A stretch of 64,000 bases of DNA from an uncultured virus (IMG/VR IMGVR_UViG_3300043571_000263) (taxonomy: Duplodnaviria; Heunggongvirae; Uroviricota; Caudoviricetes), in the IMG/VR virus record IMGVR_UViG_3300043571_000263; one strand, written 5' to 3'. Below, piece by piece: positions 1 to 7,916 of the stretch (its first letter is position 1; each line of letters starts with the position of its first letter). The notes beneath the pieces are model-generated. The model was not told where the DNA came from, did not search any database, and was given only the letters and a program-made list of their open reading frames with translations. The translations under genes and the position numbers were made by a program.

Positions 1-272
1 GTTTCTTGGGCGTTGACGATGCCGCATGTGATCAACAACGCAGCCGCCGTGGCTTTGATTTTTTGACCAAGCGAATAACGCGCATAGCGTTTTCCGTTTT
101 TGGTCACAATCTCCTTGTTGACAATGATTCCAGATCGTTTGATTTCGTTGATTCTGGAAGCCAGACGAAAACACTTAAAGCGGCTTAACGCTTCAAGCGG
201 CGTGATGGATTTACCTTTAAGCAGGTAGTTGAGGATTTTAACGGTTTGACTAGGATTAGTGTGGTTTTTCAT
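1..272 (-). CDS. Helix-turn-helix protein (HTH_39-like), runs off window start
   Basis: Not in ORF track; read manually from ATG 272: MKNHTNPSQTVKILNYLLKGKSITPLEALSRFKCFRLASRINEIKRSG...KRYARYSL, typical ITPLEAL..F.CFRLA.RI motif. Confidence 0.75.
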   Translation of the reverse strand, partial: MKNHTNPSQTVKILNYLLKGKSITPLEALSRFKCFRLASRINEIKRSGIIVNKEIVTKNGKRYARYSLGQKIKATAAALLITCGIVNAQE

Positions 273-281
273 ACGACTCAA

Positions 282-309
282 TAGACACATGTTAACCGCA
301 CTCGTTCAA
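282..309 (-). promoter_or_regulatory. ECF-like class M promoter TTGAACG-N15-TGTCTA
   Basis: Matches repeated consensus; ATG 9 nt downstream of -10. Confidence 0.7.
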
Positions 310-732
310 TCTTTTTTTAAAAAATATCCGCACTCCCAAAGCGTCCTTTGGGCGAAACCTGTTAATTCAGTTCCATGTTGCGCGTGCAAGCAGAGGCGTT
401 GGCGGAAAATGTAGCTACGGCTCAGGTCGCTCACGCAGGCGTATGCTCCTTCGGGAGCAGGAACGGTTCTGTTAGTCGTGCCCTCAATGACCGCAGCTAA
501 AATTTGGAGGAGTCGGTGATCGAAACCGAGTCCGAGGGTATAGCCCTTCGTCGAATCCAAGTCTCTCCCCCTTAAGATTTAAAAGAACTAAAGGTTATGG
601 ATATGGTTAAATGATTATTATCGATATTGTCAAACAATTTCTTATTACGCCGTATTATCGAAGTTTAATCCATCCAGATAGATTGCGATGCTCTTCACAC
701 ACTCCGCCCCCGCAAAGGGGCAAGAGTTTTGT

Positions 733-990
733 AAAAAGTCGAAGTATTCATCCTTCCGAGATGAGTTGCTTCAGCCCTACCACCAACGTCTAGGCTCCGA
801 GGCTGCCATTCTGATGACCTACTAACGTCGATGCACCCCACAGGGCATGTCCCTGTCGCTTTACCAGACTACTTCTGGATTACCAAGCTGGCGAGGCTTG
901 GTTCGGATTTCCCAACGTTCGGCGGTTTTATCCTTGCATACCTGCGCTGGGTGTTCGGCTACAATATGTCAGACGCGCCGTGCGTCTTTG
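733..990 (-). ncRNA. Candidate structured non-coding RNA (~255 nt)
   Basis: Downstream of class M promoter 995-1022; several perfect hairpins, one long-range helix, ends in hairpin + T5; no credible ORF. Confidence 0.55.
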
Positions 991-994
991 TGTA

Positions 995-1022
995 TTGACA
1001 GCGAAACCTATCTGGCGTTCAA
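995..1022 (-). promoter_or_regulatory. Class M promoter TTGAACG-N15-TGTCAA
   Basis: Consensus match, divergent from promoter at 1044. Confidence 0.7.
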
Positions 1023-1043
1023 ATAAAGTCAAACAAAAAAAAT

Positions 1044-1071
1044 TTGAACGAAACGCAAACACCCGTGTCAA
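1044..1071 (+). promoter_or_regulatory. Class M promoter TTGAACG-N15-TGTCAA
   Basis: Consensus match, ATG at 1081. Confidence 0.7.
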
Positions 1072-1080
1072 AGTAATCGC

Positions 1081-1395
1081 ATGAAAGTCCATAAAGAACA
1101 ACTCAAAGAAATACTGGCCCAAGGCCCAGCATCAACCAACGAAATCGCCAAGCTCTTTAATTGCAGCTCAGGAGCCGTTTATTACGCAATCAAAAAACTT
1201 GGATTGTATCAGGGGCGCAAGCCTTCGGTCAAAAGCCGCCAGCACCCATCAACACGAATCATCAAGGTCATTGCCGACATTATTAAATCAGAACCCACGG
1301 AATCCATGGCGAACATTGCAAGGCGCAACAATTGCAGCCGCGAATACGTCTCGCAGATTTCGGGTCAACTTCGGACAGAGGGGGTGATCAAATGA
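1081..1395 (+). CDS. Double helix-turn-helix DNA-binding protein
   Basis: STNEIAKLFNCSSGAVY and SMANIARRNNCSREYVSQI HTH motifs. Confidence 0.7.
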   Translation: MKVHKEQLKEILAQGPASTNEIAKLFNCSSGAVYYAIKKLGLYQGRKPSVKSRQHPSTRIIKVIADIIKSEPTESMANIARRNNCSREYVSQISGQLRTEGVIK

Positions 1396-1700
1396 CCAAC
1401 GAACAAATCAACATCGCAATCGCGAAAGCGTGTGGGTGGGAAGATGTATGGTTGCCAGACAGATCGGGGCTTCCAGTTGGAACTTCGCCAGAAAATATAT
1501 TTGGTCACATTCCGCGATATTGCCAAGACCTCAACGCGATGCACGAAGCGGAAGAAGTGCTGACACGCGATCAGATTGAAGTTTTCTGCGAGCAGTTATT
1601 ACCGAAACATCATGGCATTTGGTGGGGAATTCACACCACCGCCAGTCAACGCGCCGAGGCATTTCTGCGGACAATCGGAAAATGGGAGGAAGCAAAATGA
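1392..1700 (+). CDS. Small phage protein (NinX-like), paralog 1
   Basis: MTNEQINIAIAKACGW...P.YC.DLNAMHEAE...AEAFLRTIGKW; ATGA overlap. Confidence 0.65.
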   Translation: MTNEQINIAIAKACGWEDVWLPDRSGLPVGTSPENIFGHIPRYCQDLNAMHEAEEVLTRDQIEVFCEQLLPKHHGIWWGIHTTASQRAEAFLRTIGKWEEAK

Positions 1701-1963
1701 GCGACACGCCGGAAACAGACGCAATGGGTGGATATATCTCTGATTGGATAACCTTTGCACAAAAATTGGAACGCGAGCGAAACGCGTTAAAAAAGAAATT
1801 TGTGGAAGAAAAATTTCGCACAATAGATGCGCTAGCAAAACTTGCCAAGGCGCGAGACATCGCAGACAAAGCAATAAATCTAGCAAGCTCATTGGGGGCC
1901 TCTGGTATGGATGAATGGGATGACCTCTGTGCTGAACTGAACCAATTGGAGGGCAAGAAATGA
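1697..1963 (+). CDS. Hypothetical MSDTPETD-family coiled-coil protein
   Basis: ATGA coupling; FAQKLERER motif shared with 5789 and 6187 ORFs. Confidence 0.65.
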   Translation: MSDTPETDAMGGYISDWITFAQKLERERNALKKKFVEEKFRTIDALAKLAKARDIADKAINLASSLGASGMDEWDDLCAELNQLEGKK

Positions 1964-2310
1964 CCAACGAACAAATCAACATCGCCATCGCGAAAGCGTG
2001 TGGGTGGAAATGGACAGGGAGCGGTCCAAATAAAGACGCGCATTGGCGTAGAAACAAAAACGATAAAACCTTCAAGCGCACGCACGAACTTCCCGACTAC
2101 TGCTACGACCTCAACGCCATGCACGAAGCGGAGGATAAACTAGAAGGCATGAACAAAGTTGAGTTTGCAATCCAACTATGTCGTGTTGTTGGCAAGGATT
2201 GGCCAAGCGGAATTGGAGGTGGTTCGTTTGCTCACATCCACGCCACCGCACTTCAAAAAGCCGAAGCATTCCTGCGGACGATTGGGAAGTGGGAAGAGGG
2301 TGGAAAATGA
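1960..2310 (+). CDS. Small phage protein (NinX-like), paralog 2
   Basis: Same three conserved blocks as 1392..1700. Confidence 0.65.
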   Translation: MTNEQINIAIAKACGWKWTGSGPNKDAHWRRNKNDKTFKRTHELPDYCYDLNAMHEAEDKLEGMNKVEFAIQLCRVVGKDWPSGIGGGSFAHIHATALQKAEAFLRTIGKWEEGGK

Positions 2311-2564
2311 GCGGAAAAACAATTGAGGATATTCTTAAAAAAATATCAAAAGACAAAAACGCCGCAATCGACTGTCTTGAAGAGATAATATCTTCTTGTG
2401 ACGATTGGCTTAACAGTATAATCCAAGAATCAAGTGTTGACTTTATCAAGGCAATCAGAGATTACACCAAAAAAGAGCTTGATAAAATCGAAGAACCCCA
2501 CGAACTTCAAGAAATCCACGAGTGGAAAAACGGAAAATACCAAATTAACAGAGTAAATACATGA
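2307..2564 (+). CDS. Hypothetical protein
   Basis: ATGA coupling in operon. Confidence 0.55.
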   Translation: MSGKTIEDILKKISKDKNAAIDCLEEIISSCDDWLNSIIQESSVDFIKAIRDYTKKELDKIEEPHELQEIHEWKNGKYQINRVNT

Positions 2565-2716
2565 CCCTGATACCGCTAATAATCACAACCGCCTGTTACT
2601 TGGTAACAGCGTTTGGCTTCTGGCAACAGGGTAACGTGGGGCTTGCGGTCGCCTTTGCTGGATACAGTTTTGCAAATTTTGGATTTCTCTACATCTGCAT
2701 CTACGGACAACCATGA
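2561..2716 (+). CDS. Small two-TM membrane protein (51 aa)
   Basis: Manual read MTLIPLIITTACYLVTAFGFWQQGNVGLAVAFAGYSFANFGFLYICIYGQP; ATGA overlaps both ends. Confidence 0.65.
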   Translation: MTLIPLIITTACYLVTAFGFWQQGNVGLAVAFAGYSFANFGFLYICIYGQP

Positions 2717-2931
2717 GCAAAAAAGAACACTTCTGGAATTATCTTGTGCAAAAAAATCCAAGGCTGTTGGAAAGCCCGCACTTCACCACAGCCAGCATCA
2801 AAAAGTTCTTTGACATTGTTTACAGCAGGGGCCACGATGACGGATATGTTGCGGCTTCAGAAATGCAAAAATCAACATACAAATCCTCATCCACATCAAT
2901 TTTTGAAGAAATCTTTGGAGTAAAACAATAA
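2713..2931 (+). CDS. Hypothetical protein
   Basis: ORF track, coupled start. Confidence 0.6.
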   Translation: MSKKEHFWNYLVQKNPRLLESPHFTTASIKKFFDIVYSRGHDDGYVAASEMQKSTYKSSSTSIFEEIFGVKQ

Positions 2932-2934
2932 AAT

Positions 2935-3342
2935 ATGGGATGGGAAAAAATACCAAGCGGCTTTGTAGAAATCAGACCGGGGGTTTATGAACGAATATCA
3001 AACTACAAACAGGGAATCGTTGCAAAAAGAGCCATTCCTAAAAATAACAGTAAGGGGAGTGACCCCAAGCCTCAACGCGCTGTTCGGAATGACTCATTGG
3101 CAAAGGTTGTCGGTAAAGAAAAAAATACAGGACGCATTCATATCCGCCTTACAGCCAAAAGAAAACGGCTCATCGACCCAGATAATCTTATCTTCAAATA
3201 CCACATTGACTGCCTCCGGTATGCTGGAGCGATTCCAGACGATAGTGAAAGAAACGTTACTATTGAAACAAAACAAGAAAAGGTTGGCGAAAACGAAGAA
3301 ACGATTATAGAATTGTTCTATTATGAACCAGCAACAATTTGA
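2935..3342 (+). CDS. rusA: RusA-like Holliday junction resolvase, catalytic (C-terminal) half
   Basis: RKRLIDPDNL...K..ID.L...G.I.DDS motif. Confidence 0.7.
   Translation: MGWEKIPSGFVEIRPGVYERISNYKQGIVAKRAIPKNNSKGSDPKPQRAVRNDSLAKVVGKEKNTGRIHIRLTAKRKRLIDPDNLIFKYHIDCLRYAGAIPDDSERNVTIETKQEKVGENEETIIELFYYEPATI
2987..3310 (+). CDS. Nested ORF encoding RusA-like N-terminal half
   Basis: ITVRGVTPSLNALFGMTHWQRLSVKKKIQDAF resembles PSLN...HW..R..KK start of RusA-like resolvases. Confidence 0.55.
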   Translation: MNEYQTTNRESLQKEPFLKITVRGVTPSLNALFGMTHWQRLSVKKKIQDAFISALQPKENGSSTQIILSSNTTLTASGMLERFQTIVKETLLLKQNKKRLAKTKKRL

Positions 3343-3469
3343 CGCCGACCTAAAAATCAAGTTTGACGATACCGGAGACTTTATGAAATTCCCCGAACAA
3401 GAAGAGGGATTTTGGGAGAATCCGATTCGTAGAATTTTTGAGGGAGACGAAATTCCAGAAGAAGATTGA
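3323..3469 (+). CDS. Small acidic hypothetical protein (48 aa)
   Basis: Manual read MNQQQFDADLKIKFDD...EIPEED; fills operon gap. Confidence 0.45.
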   Translation: MNQQQFDADLKIKFDDTGDFMKFPEQEEGFWENPIRRIFEGDEIPEED

Positions 3470-3493
3470 ACGAATCGCCTTGATCTTGGTCTA
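3466..3493 (+). promoter_or_regulatory. Class M promoter TTGAACG-N15-GGTCTA
   Basis: Consensus match upstream of 3506. Confidence 0.7.
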
Positions 3494-3505
3494 AACACAC
3501 ACGCC

Positions 3506-4099
3506 ATGAACCAAGAACAGAAAAACAAATTTGCCTGCTTTCTTGGCAGCTCGATACTAAAGTATCACAAAAAAATCAAAATATCCTTCCATCCGGTAGA
3601 AAAATTGTTACAGGGAAGGGTTGAGTCAACTGGCTGGGCCGACGACAAAGAGCTACGCATTGCCACGAACGGCGAACCAAGCATTTGGCTTGGGGTTTTT
3701 GTCCATGAAACCTGCCACGTTGATCAAGGAGAGGAAAGACCTGAGTGGACAAGGCAATGCGAAATCGGCGTGGGAGCAATTGATGAATGGTTGGCTGGCA
3801 AAAAATACAGCAAGAAAAAAGTAGAAGAATTCATCAAGGACATTATCGAGCTTGAGTGGGACTGCGAGTGGAGGGCTTTGCGGAAAATAAAAAGCAACAG
3901 GCTGCCGATCAACATCAAGGAATACGCGCAAATGGCCAATGCCTACATTCTTGGATACCATTGGACTCTAAAAACCCGCAAGTGGTGCAAAAAAAGCTAC
4001 AGCGACGAAAATATCTGGAAAGCCATGCCAAACAGGCTTATATCTTTGACGGACGCGCTTTACCCGCCGAACCACCTAATAGAACTTTACAATGAATAA
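3506..4099 (+). CDS. Zincin-like metallopeptidase
   Basis: FVHETCHVDQ (HExxH) and ELEWDCE. Confidence 0.6.
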   Translation: MNQEQKNKFACFLGSSILKYHKKIKISFHPVEKLLQGRVESTGWADDKELRIATNGEPSIWLGVFVHETCHVDQGEERPEWTRQCEIGVGAIDEWLAGKKYSKKKVEEFIKDIIELEWDCEWRALRKIKSNRLPINIKEYAQMANAYILGYHWTLKTRKWCKKSYSDENIWKAMPNRLISLTDALYPPNHLIELYNE

Positions 4100-4316
4100 C
4101 GATCACAATGAATGCGAGCCATCCAAGGCATTGCTAAAAATTATGGACATAATCGAAGACTTCAAAATCCACGAATCTGTCGATGTTGTCAGCGCGGTTG
4201 ATTTGCTGGCCAGCGAGCTGCGAATGAGGAGGGCCAAAGAGATTTACGAGATCAAACTAAAGTCATCCATAATTGGATATGCTAAAGAATTTTTCCAAGA
4301 CGACAATGAAGAATAA
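4092..4316 (+). CDS. Hypothetical protein
   Basis: ORF track, overlapping neighbours. Confidence 0.55.
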   Translation: MNNDHNECEPSKALLKIMDIIEDFKIHESVDVVSAVDLLASELRMRRAKEIYEIKLKSSIIGYAKEFFQDDNEE

Positions 4317-4749
4317 GTGGGAAAAAAGATTCATCGAAATGGCCAGACTTGTTTCGGGTTGGAGCAAAGACCCATCCACCAAGGTTGGCGCAGTGATTGT
4401 GCGTCCAGACAAAACAATTGCATCTGTTGGATACAACGGAATCGCCAGAGGCGTCAAAGACGAGGACAGGCGGATTCAGAACAGAGAGCAAAAGCTTCTT
4501 TACACTGTCCACGCCGAGCAAAATGCCGTTCTTTCAGCCAAAGAGCCGCTTAACGGATACTCTTTGTATATTTGGAACATCCACCCATGCGCCCAATGTG
4601 CGGCTTCAATTATCCAAACCGGAATACGGAACGTCTTTCTTCCGGTAAACGGAAAAAACGAAAAAGTGAATCAGAGATGGGTTGACTCATTTGAGGCCGC
4701 TGAAATAATGTTCAGGGAGGCAAAAGTAAAACTAACCTACATAAAATAA
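4306..4749 (+). CDS. dCMP deaminase
   Basis: SKDPSTKVGAVIV, GYNG, HAEQNA, PCAQCA. Confidence 0.92.
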   Translation: MKNKWEKRFIEMARLVSGWSKDPSTKVGAVIVRPDKTIASVGYNGIARGVKDEDRRIQNREQKLLYTVHAEQNAVLSAKEPLNGYSLYIWNIHPCAQCAASIIQTGIRNVFLPVNGKNEKVNQRWVDSFEAAEIMFREAKVKLTYIK

Positions 4750-4750
4750 C

Positions 4751-4957
4751 ATGAGTAACGAGTTCGTCAGGCTGTTCGAGCGTGTGAGCGATTGGATGGA
4801 GTATAAAAACTTCCAAGACATGCACGAAGGCTACATCACAAAAGAAAAAATCAACAACAACAGAATAGCCATGTTTCTTTGGCGGCACGAAGAGGAACCC
4901 GTCCTTCTTGACCACATGTTCTTAGGCGGAGACATCTACGTTAAAATCTCACATTAA
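4751..4957 (+). CDS. Hypothetical protein
   Basis: ORF track. Confidence 0.5.
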   Translation: MSNEFVRLFERVSDWMEYKNFQDMHEGYITKEKINNNRIAMFLWRHEEEPVLLDHMFLGGDIYVKISH

Positions 4958-4960
4958 AAA

Positions 4961-5224
4961 ATGAATAAATCAGACAAAGACGAAGCGGTGATTTCGGAAG
5001 AAATCAAAAAAACAGAAGATCGTATCGTTGCCTCATTTTTGGCAAAAGACTTTACAATCGCCAACTACAACGGAGAACACATCCTGTTTATCCATGGGGT
5101 GCGCGGCGAAAACGAGGCCGATATCATTATGACCATCGACGGCGCAAAAGGAATGGCTCAAGCAATCTTGGAGACAAGCAATAATGAACAGTCTGGAGAA
5201 CTGGATACGTTGGCACAGCCTTAG
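4961..5224 (+). CDS. Hypothetical protein
   Basis: ORF track. Confidence 0.55.
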   Translation: MNKSDKDEAVISEEIKKTEDRIVASFLAKDFTIANYNGEHILFIHGVRGENEADIIMTIDGAKGMAQAILETSNNEQSGELDTLAQP

Positions 5225-5384
5225 CGAAACATCGGTGCTAAACGCGCTGACCGAAGGATGCTACGATTTTTCTGACAACAACGTAACCGCATCCGACTTA
5301 ACAGAAGACTGTTGCAACAAATGCGTGGGTTGGCTGGAAAAAAATAAAAATTTTATTGAACGAACGCCGGCATCGTCGGTCTAA
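5184..5384 (+). CDS. Hypothetical protein
   Basis: ORF track. Confidence 0.5.
   Translation: MNSLENWIRWHSLSETSVLNALTEGCYDFSDNNVTASDLTEDCCNKCVGWLEKNKNFIERTPASSV
5356..5383 (+). promoter_or_regulatory. Class M promoter TTGAACG-N15-GGTCTA
   Basis: Consensus match. Confidence 0.7.
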
Positions 5385-5421
5385 TCTAACATGAACAGAC
5401 AGAAGGCAGTTCAAAATTTTA

Positions 5422-5510
5422 GCGGTTGGGATAAACAGGGGGGCAAAATAAAAACAGGACAATTGGGTGGTTCCTTTGCGCTGTTTTGTTGATACTCCCT
5501 GCCCAGCCGC
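5422..5510 (+). other. Long imperfect RNA stem-loop
   Basis: GCGGTTGGG/CCCAGCCGC, CAGGGGG/CTCCCTG, AAAACAG/CTGTTTT nested pairings. Confidence 0.6.
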
Positions 5511-5519
5511 GACTTTATT

Positions 5520-5792
5520 ATGTCAACCATTGGAAAATCAGCACCAGCAGGAAAGGGCGACAGGCCCAGAAAGCTTGATATGCACAAATACCGTAAAAAT
5601 TACGACGCCATTAAGTGGAAGAAATATCCAGACTGGATATGCAACACCTGTGGCAAAACCTACGGCAAACGCCCAGAGGGCAATCCATTTGGCGCAACCT
5701 ACCACATGGATGAGTGCGATGTTTGCGGAAAAGTGACCAACGTTACTGAAGCGAGAGACTTCGGACACCTGAAGAAAGGATGGGACAAATGA
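5520..5792 (+). CDS. GKGDRPR-motif protein fused to Zn ribbon
   Basis: GKGDRPR..D..KY..NYDAI.W plus CNTCG/CDVCG. Confidence 0.65.
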   Translation: MSTIGKSAPAGKGDRPRKLDMHKYRKNYDAIKWKKYPDWICNTCGKTYGKRPEGNPFGATYHMDECDVCGKVTNVTEARDFGHLKKGWDK

Positions 5793-6166
5793 GCGACACA
5801 CCTAAAACAGACAACTTGGCCCGCAGCAACCATGTGGTGCCGACGGGGTTTGCGCGGGACTTGGAGCGAGAGCGCGACGAGACGCAGAAAGAGCTTGCCG
5901 ACCTCAACAAGCGGTTCATCGACAAATGCGTCAAGGAAGCGCGACTTCAAATGCAGCTTGATGAGAGATGGGCCTTGAGGCGGGAACTTGAGGCAGAGCT
6001 TGGCATTACTGATGAAATGGCCAGCGACGAGTCGTTGCGGGTCGGGCTGGAAGCCATTAAGGCGTTAAAACGTGAGCGCAACGAGGCGCGGAGGGCAAGC
6101 GCACGATGGAAGTCCGCAGCAAAAAATTGGCGACGATTTTACATTGAGCTTTGGGGGCGGCACTAA
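5789..6166 (+). CDS. MSDTP-family coiled-coil protein
   Basis: MSDTPKTD...FARDLERERDE. Confidence 0.65.
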   Translation: MSDTPKTDNLARSNHVVPTGFARDLERERDETQKELADLNKRFIDKCVKEARLQMQLDERWALRRELEAELGITDEMASDESLRVGLEAIKALKRERNEARRASARWKSAAKNWRRFYIELWGRH

Positions 6167-6186
6167 CGATTCAAGGAGGCCAGCAA

Positions 6187-6474
6187 ATGAGCAGCATGGC
6201 GATTTTTAGAAGCCCGTCCGAAATGTCTAATCCCATCATTGGGTGTGAACGGTGCGGAAAAAACCATGCTGTTGATTATCCATGCGAGTTTATTGCAAGC
6301 CTTGAGAGGGAGCGCGACCAATGGCGCGAATGCGCGGAGGGGTTGGTCGATTATGCGCGTGAATGCCTAGCGAGTTTAAGCGGGGGATGCGGACACCCTT
6401 ACTGCGAGCGCGAAATGGATACAATTCGCAAGGACATCGCCCGCTTTGAGCGGTTAAAGGAGGGCGGGAAATGA
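6187..6474 (+). CDS. Hypothetical protein (LERERD family)
   Basis: AAGGAGG RBS, ATG 6187. Confidence 0.6.
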   Translation: MSSMAIFRSPSEMSNPIIGCERCGKNHAVDYPCEFIASLERERDQWRECAEGLVDYARECLASLSGGCGHPYCEREMDTIRKDIARFERLKEGGK

Positions 6475-6743
6475 AAACGCTACTAATAGAAGAAACGATT
6501 AAAAAATACCTTGGAGAAGACGAGACGATTCTTCTGGCGGACGGACTTGAATCTGCCTTTATCGGAATCGGCAGGCAGTTCGGATATCCGGTGGCCATCT
6601 ACTCCAAAAAGAAGGCAATCAAGGCCATCCGATCAAGCTCCATGCCACGCATGAGCGAAGAAGACGCCATAGAGTATTTTGATTACAATGTATCACAATC
6701 CTTTGTCGGAGATCAGACTCCTGTGTTTCTTGAGGACGAATAA
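6471..6743 (+). CDS. Conserved phage hypothetical protein
   Basis: LLADG.E.AFIG...AIEYFDYNV...VG..TPVF pattern. Confidence 0.65.
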   Translation: MKTLLIEETIKKYLGEDETILLADGLESAFIGIGRQFGYPVAIYSKKKAIKAIRSSSMPRMSEEDAIEYFDYNVSQSFVGDQTPVFLEDE

Positions 6744-6758
6744 TCCCCAAACGCCGCA

Positions 6759-7136
6759 ATGAAAAAACACCTCATACTCATATCAATACTCATAGCGTCG
6801 TGCCAAACGACGCCGCAAAACCCAGACAACTGGATGGAGAAAGAACAAAACTCCTGCCTACCAACAGCCATAACCTTCAAAGAATCACTAAAGAAATACA
6901 ACATCTGGGCAGAAGTTGTCCACTACGGATGGAGAGACGCCGCCACACAAAAAAGCCACTCCCACGCAGTATTGGCATACATCTACCCCAAGGGAAAGAA
7001 CAAGCTTTGGACATACGACTTCTTAGGCAGCTACAGAACAAGGGCATATATTGATAACCCAGTAGCACTAGCCCAGCAGGCCCAATACGTCCGAGGAAAC
7101 TACAACAAAATCACCTTCGCAGAATACGTCAAGTAA
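6759..7136 (+). CDS. Lipoprotein with papain/transglutaminase-like Cys-His-Asp motifs
   Basis: Lipobox ILIASC; NSCLPTA, HSHAVLAY, LWTYD. Confidence 0.6.
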   Translation: MKKHLILISILIASCQTTPQNPDNWMEKEQNSCLPTAITFKESLKKYNIWAEVVHYGWRDAATQKSHSHAVLAYIYPKGKNKLWTYDFLGSYRTRAYIDNPVALAQQAQYVRGNYNKITFAEYVK

Positions 7137-7156
7137 TATTAAATCGCCGAAACACA

Positions 7157-7369
7157 ATGAAAACAACAGAATCACAAGACCACTCTTACCCAAACGAATT
7201 CGGAGATCCAGTAGTCCCTCTATGGTTTGCCGAAAAACTGGAAGCCCAAAGAAACGAGCTTGCAAGAGAAAACTCAAAACTCCAAATAAATATAGGCAAC
7301 CACGAATCTTACATTGAAGAAAAATGGGGATACGGCGATTTTGAGCTTTGGATTAACGACGAAGAATAG
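7157..7369 (+). CDS. Hypothetical protein
   Basis: VVP..FAEKLE..RN motif related to MSDTP family. Confidence 0.55.
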   Translation: MKTTESQDHSYPNEFGDPVVPLWFAEKLEAQRNELARENSKLQINIGNHESYIEEKWGYGDFELWINDEE

Positions 7370-7388
7370 CTATAGCCCCGCAAACACA

Positions 7389-7613
7389 ATGAACAGGGTA
7401 TTAGAATATCTAGACCTAACCGCCGATGCGGCTATTGATTTAGCCCTCAACCCCAAACCCACAAAACTATCTCCATTTATCTGCATCTACCAATTCCAAG
7501 GAAAGAGGCACAATATCATTATCTACGCCCAAAACTGGGAAAACGCCCGATCCTACGCACAATACCACGGGATGGTAGTAGTCAATAAGATAGACAGAGA
7601 AAACGCCCCCTAG
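7389..7613 (+). CDS. Hypothetical protein
   Basis: AAACACA-ATG start. Confidence 0.5.
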   Translation: MNRVLEYLDLTADAAIDLALNPKPTKLSPFICIYQFQGKRHNIIIYAQNWENARSYAQYHGMVVVNKIDRENAP

Positions 7614-7916
7614 GGCCATCAGATCGCAAATGCGGGGCATATACGATCATAGACAAGAACCACATAGCAACCCCCACAGGTTGCAATAGCCCATAGCAAC
7701 CCCAATAGGCTGCCCCACCCCCACCAATACAAACATGGAAGATCATAGAGGAATTACATAGTCCGCAACGGAGAAGTGTTCTTTTCTACAGAGAACGCAG
7801 CTAATAATCGGCTGTCAGCATTAACAATTAAAAAATCTAAATAATTTGCTAGGTGTAGAGTCTAGCGCAATGGGGTGGGGGCAAGGAAAAAACCAAGCCC
7901 CCGCCCAAAAAATTAA

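Noticed and set aside
805..860. Hammerhead ribozyme (CTGATGA at ~811)
   Set aside because: No stem II followed by GAAA and stem III in the required arrangement
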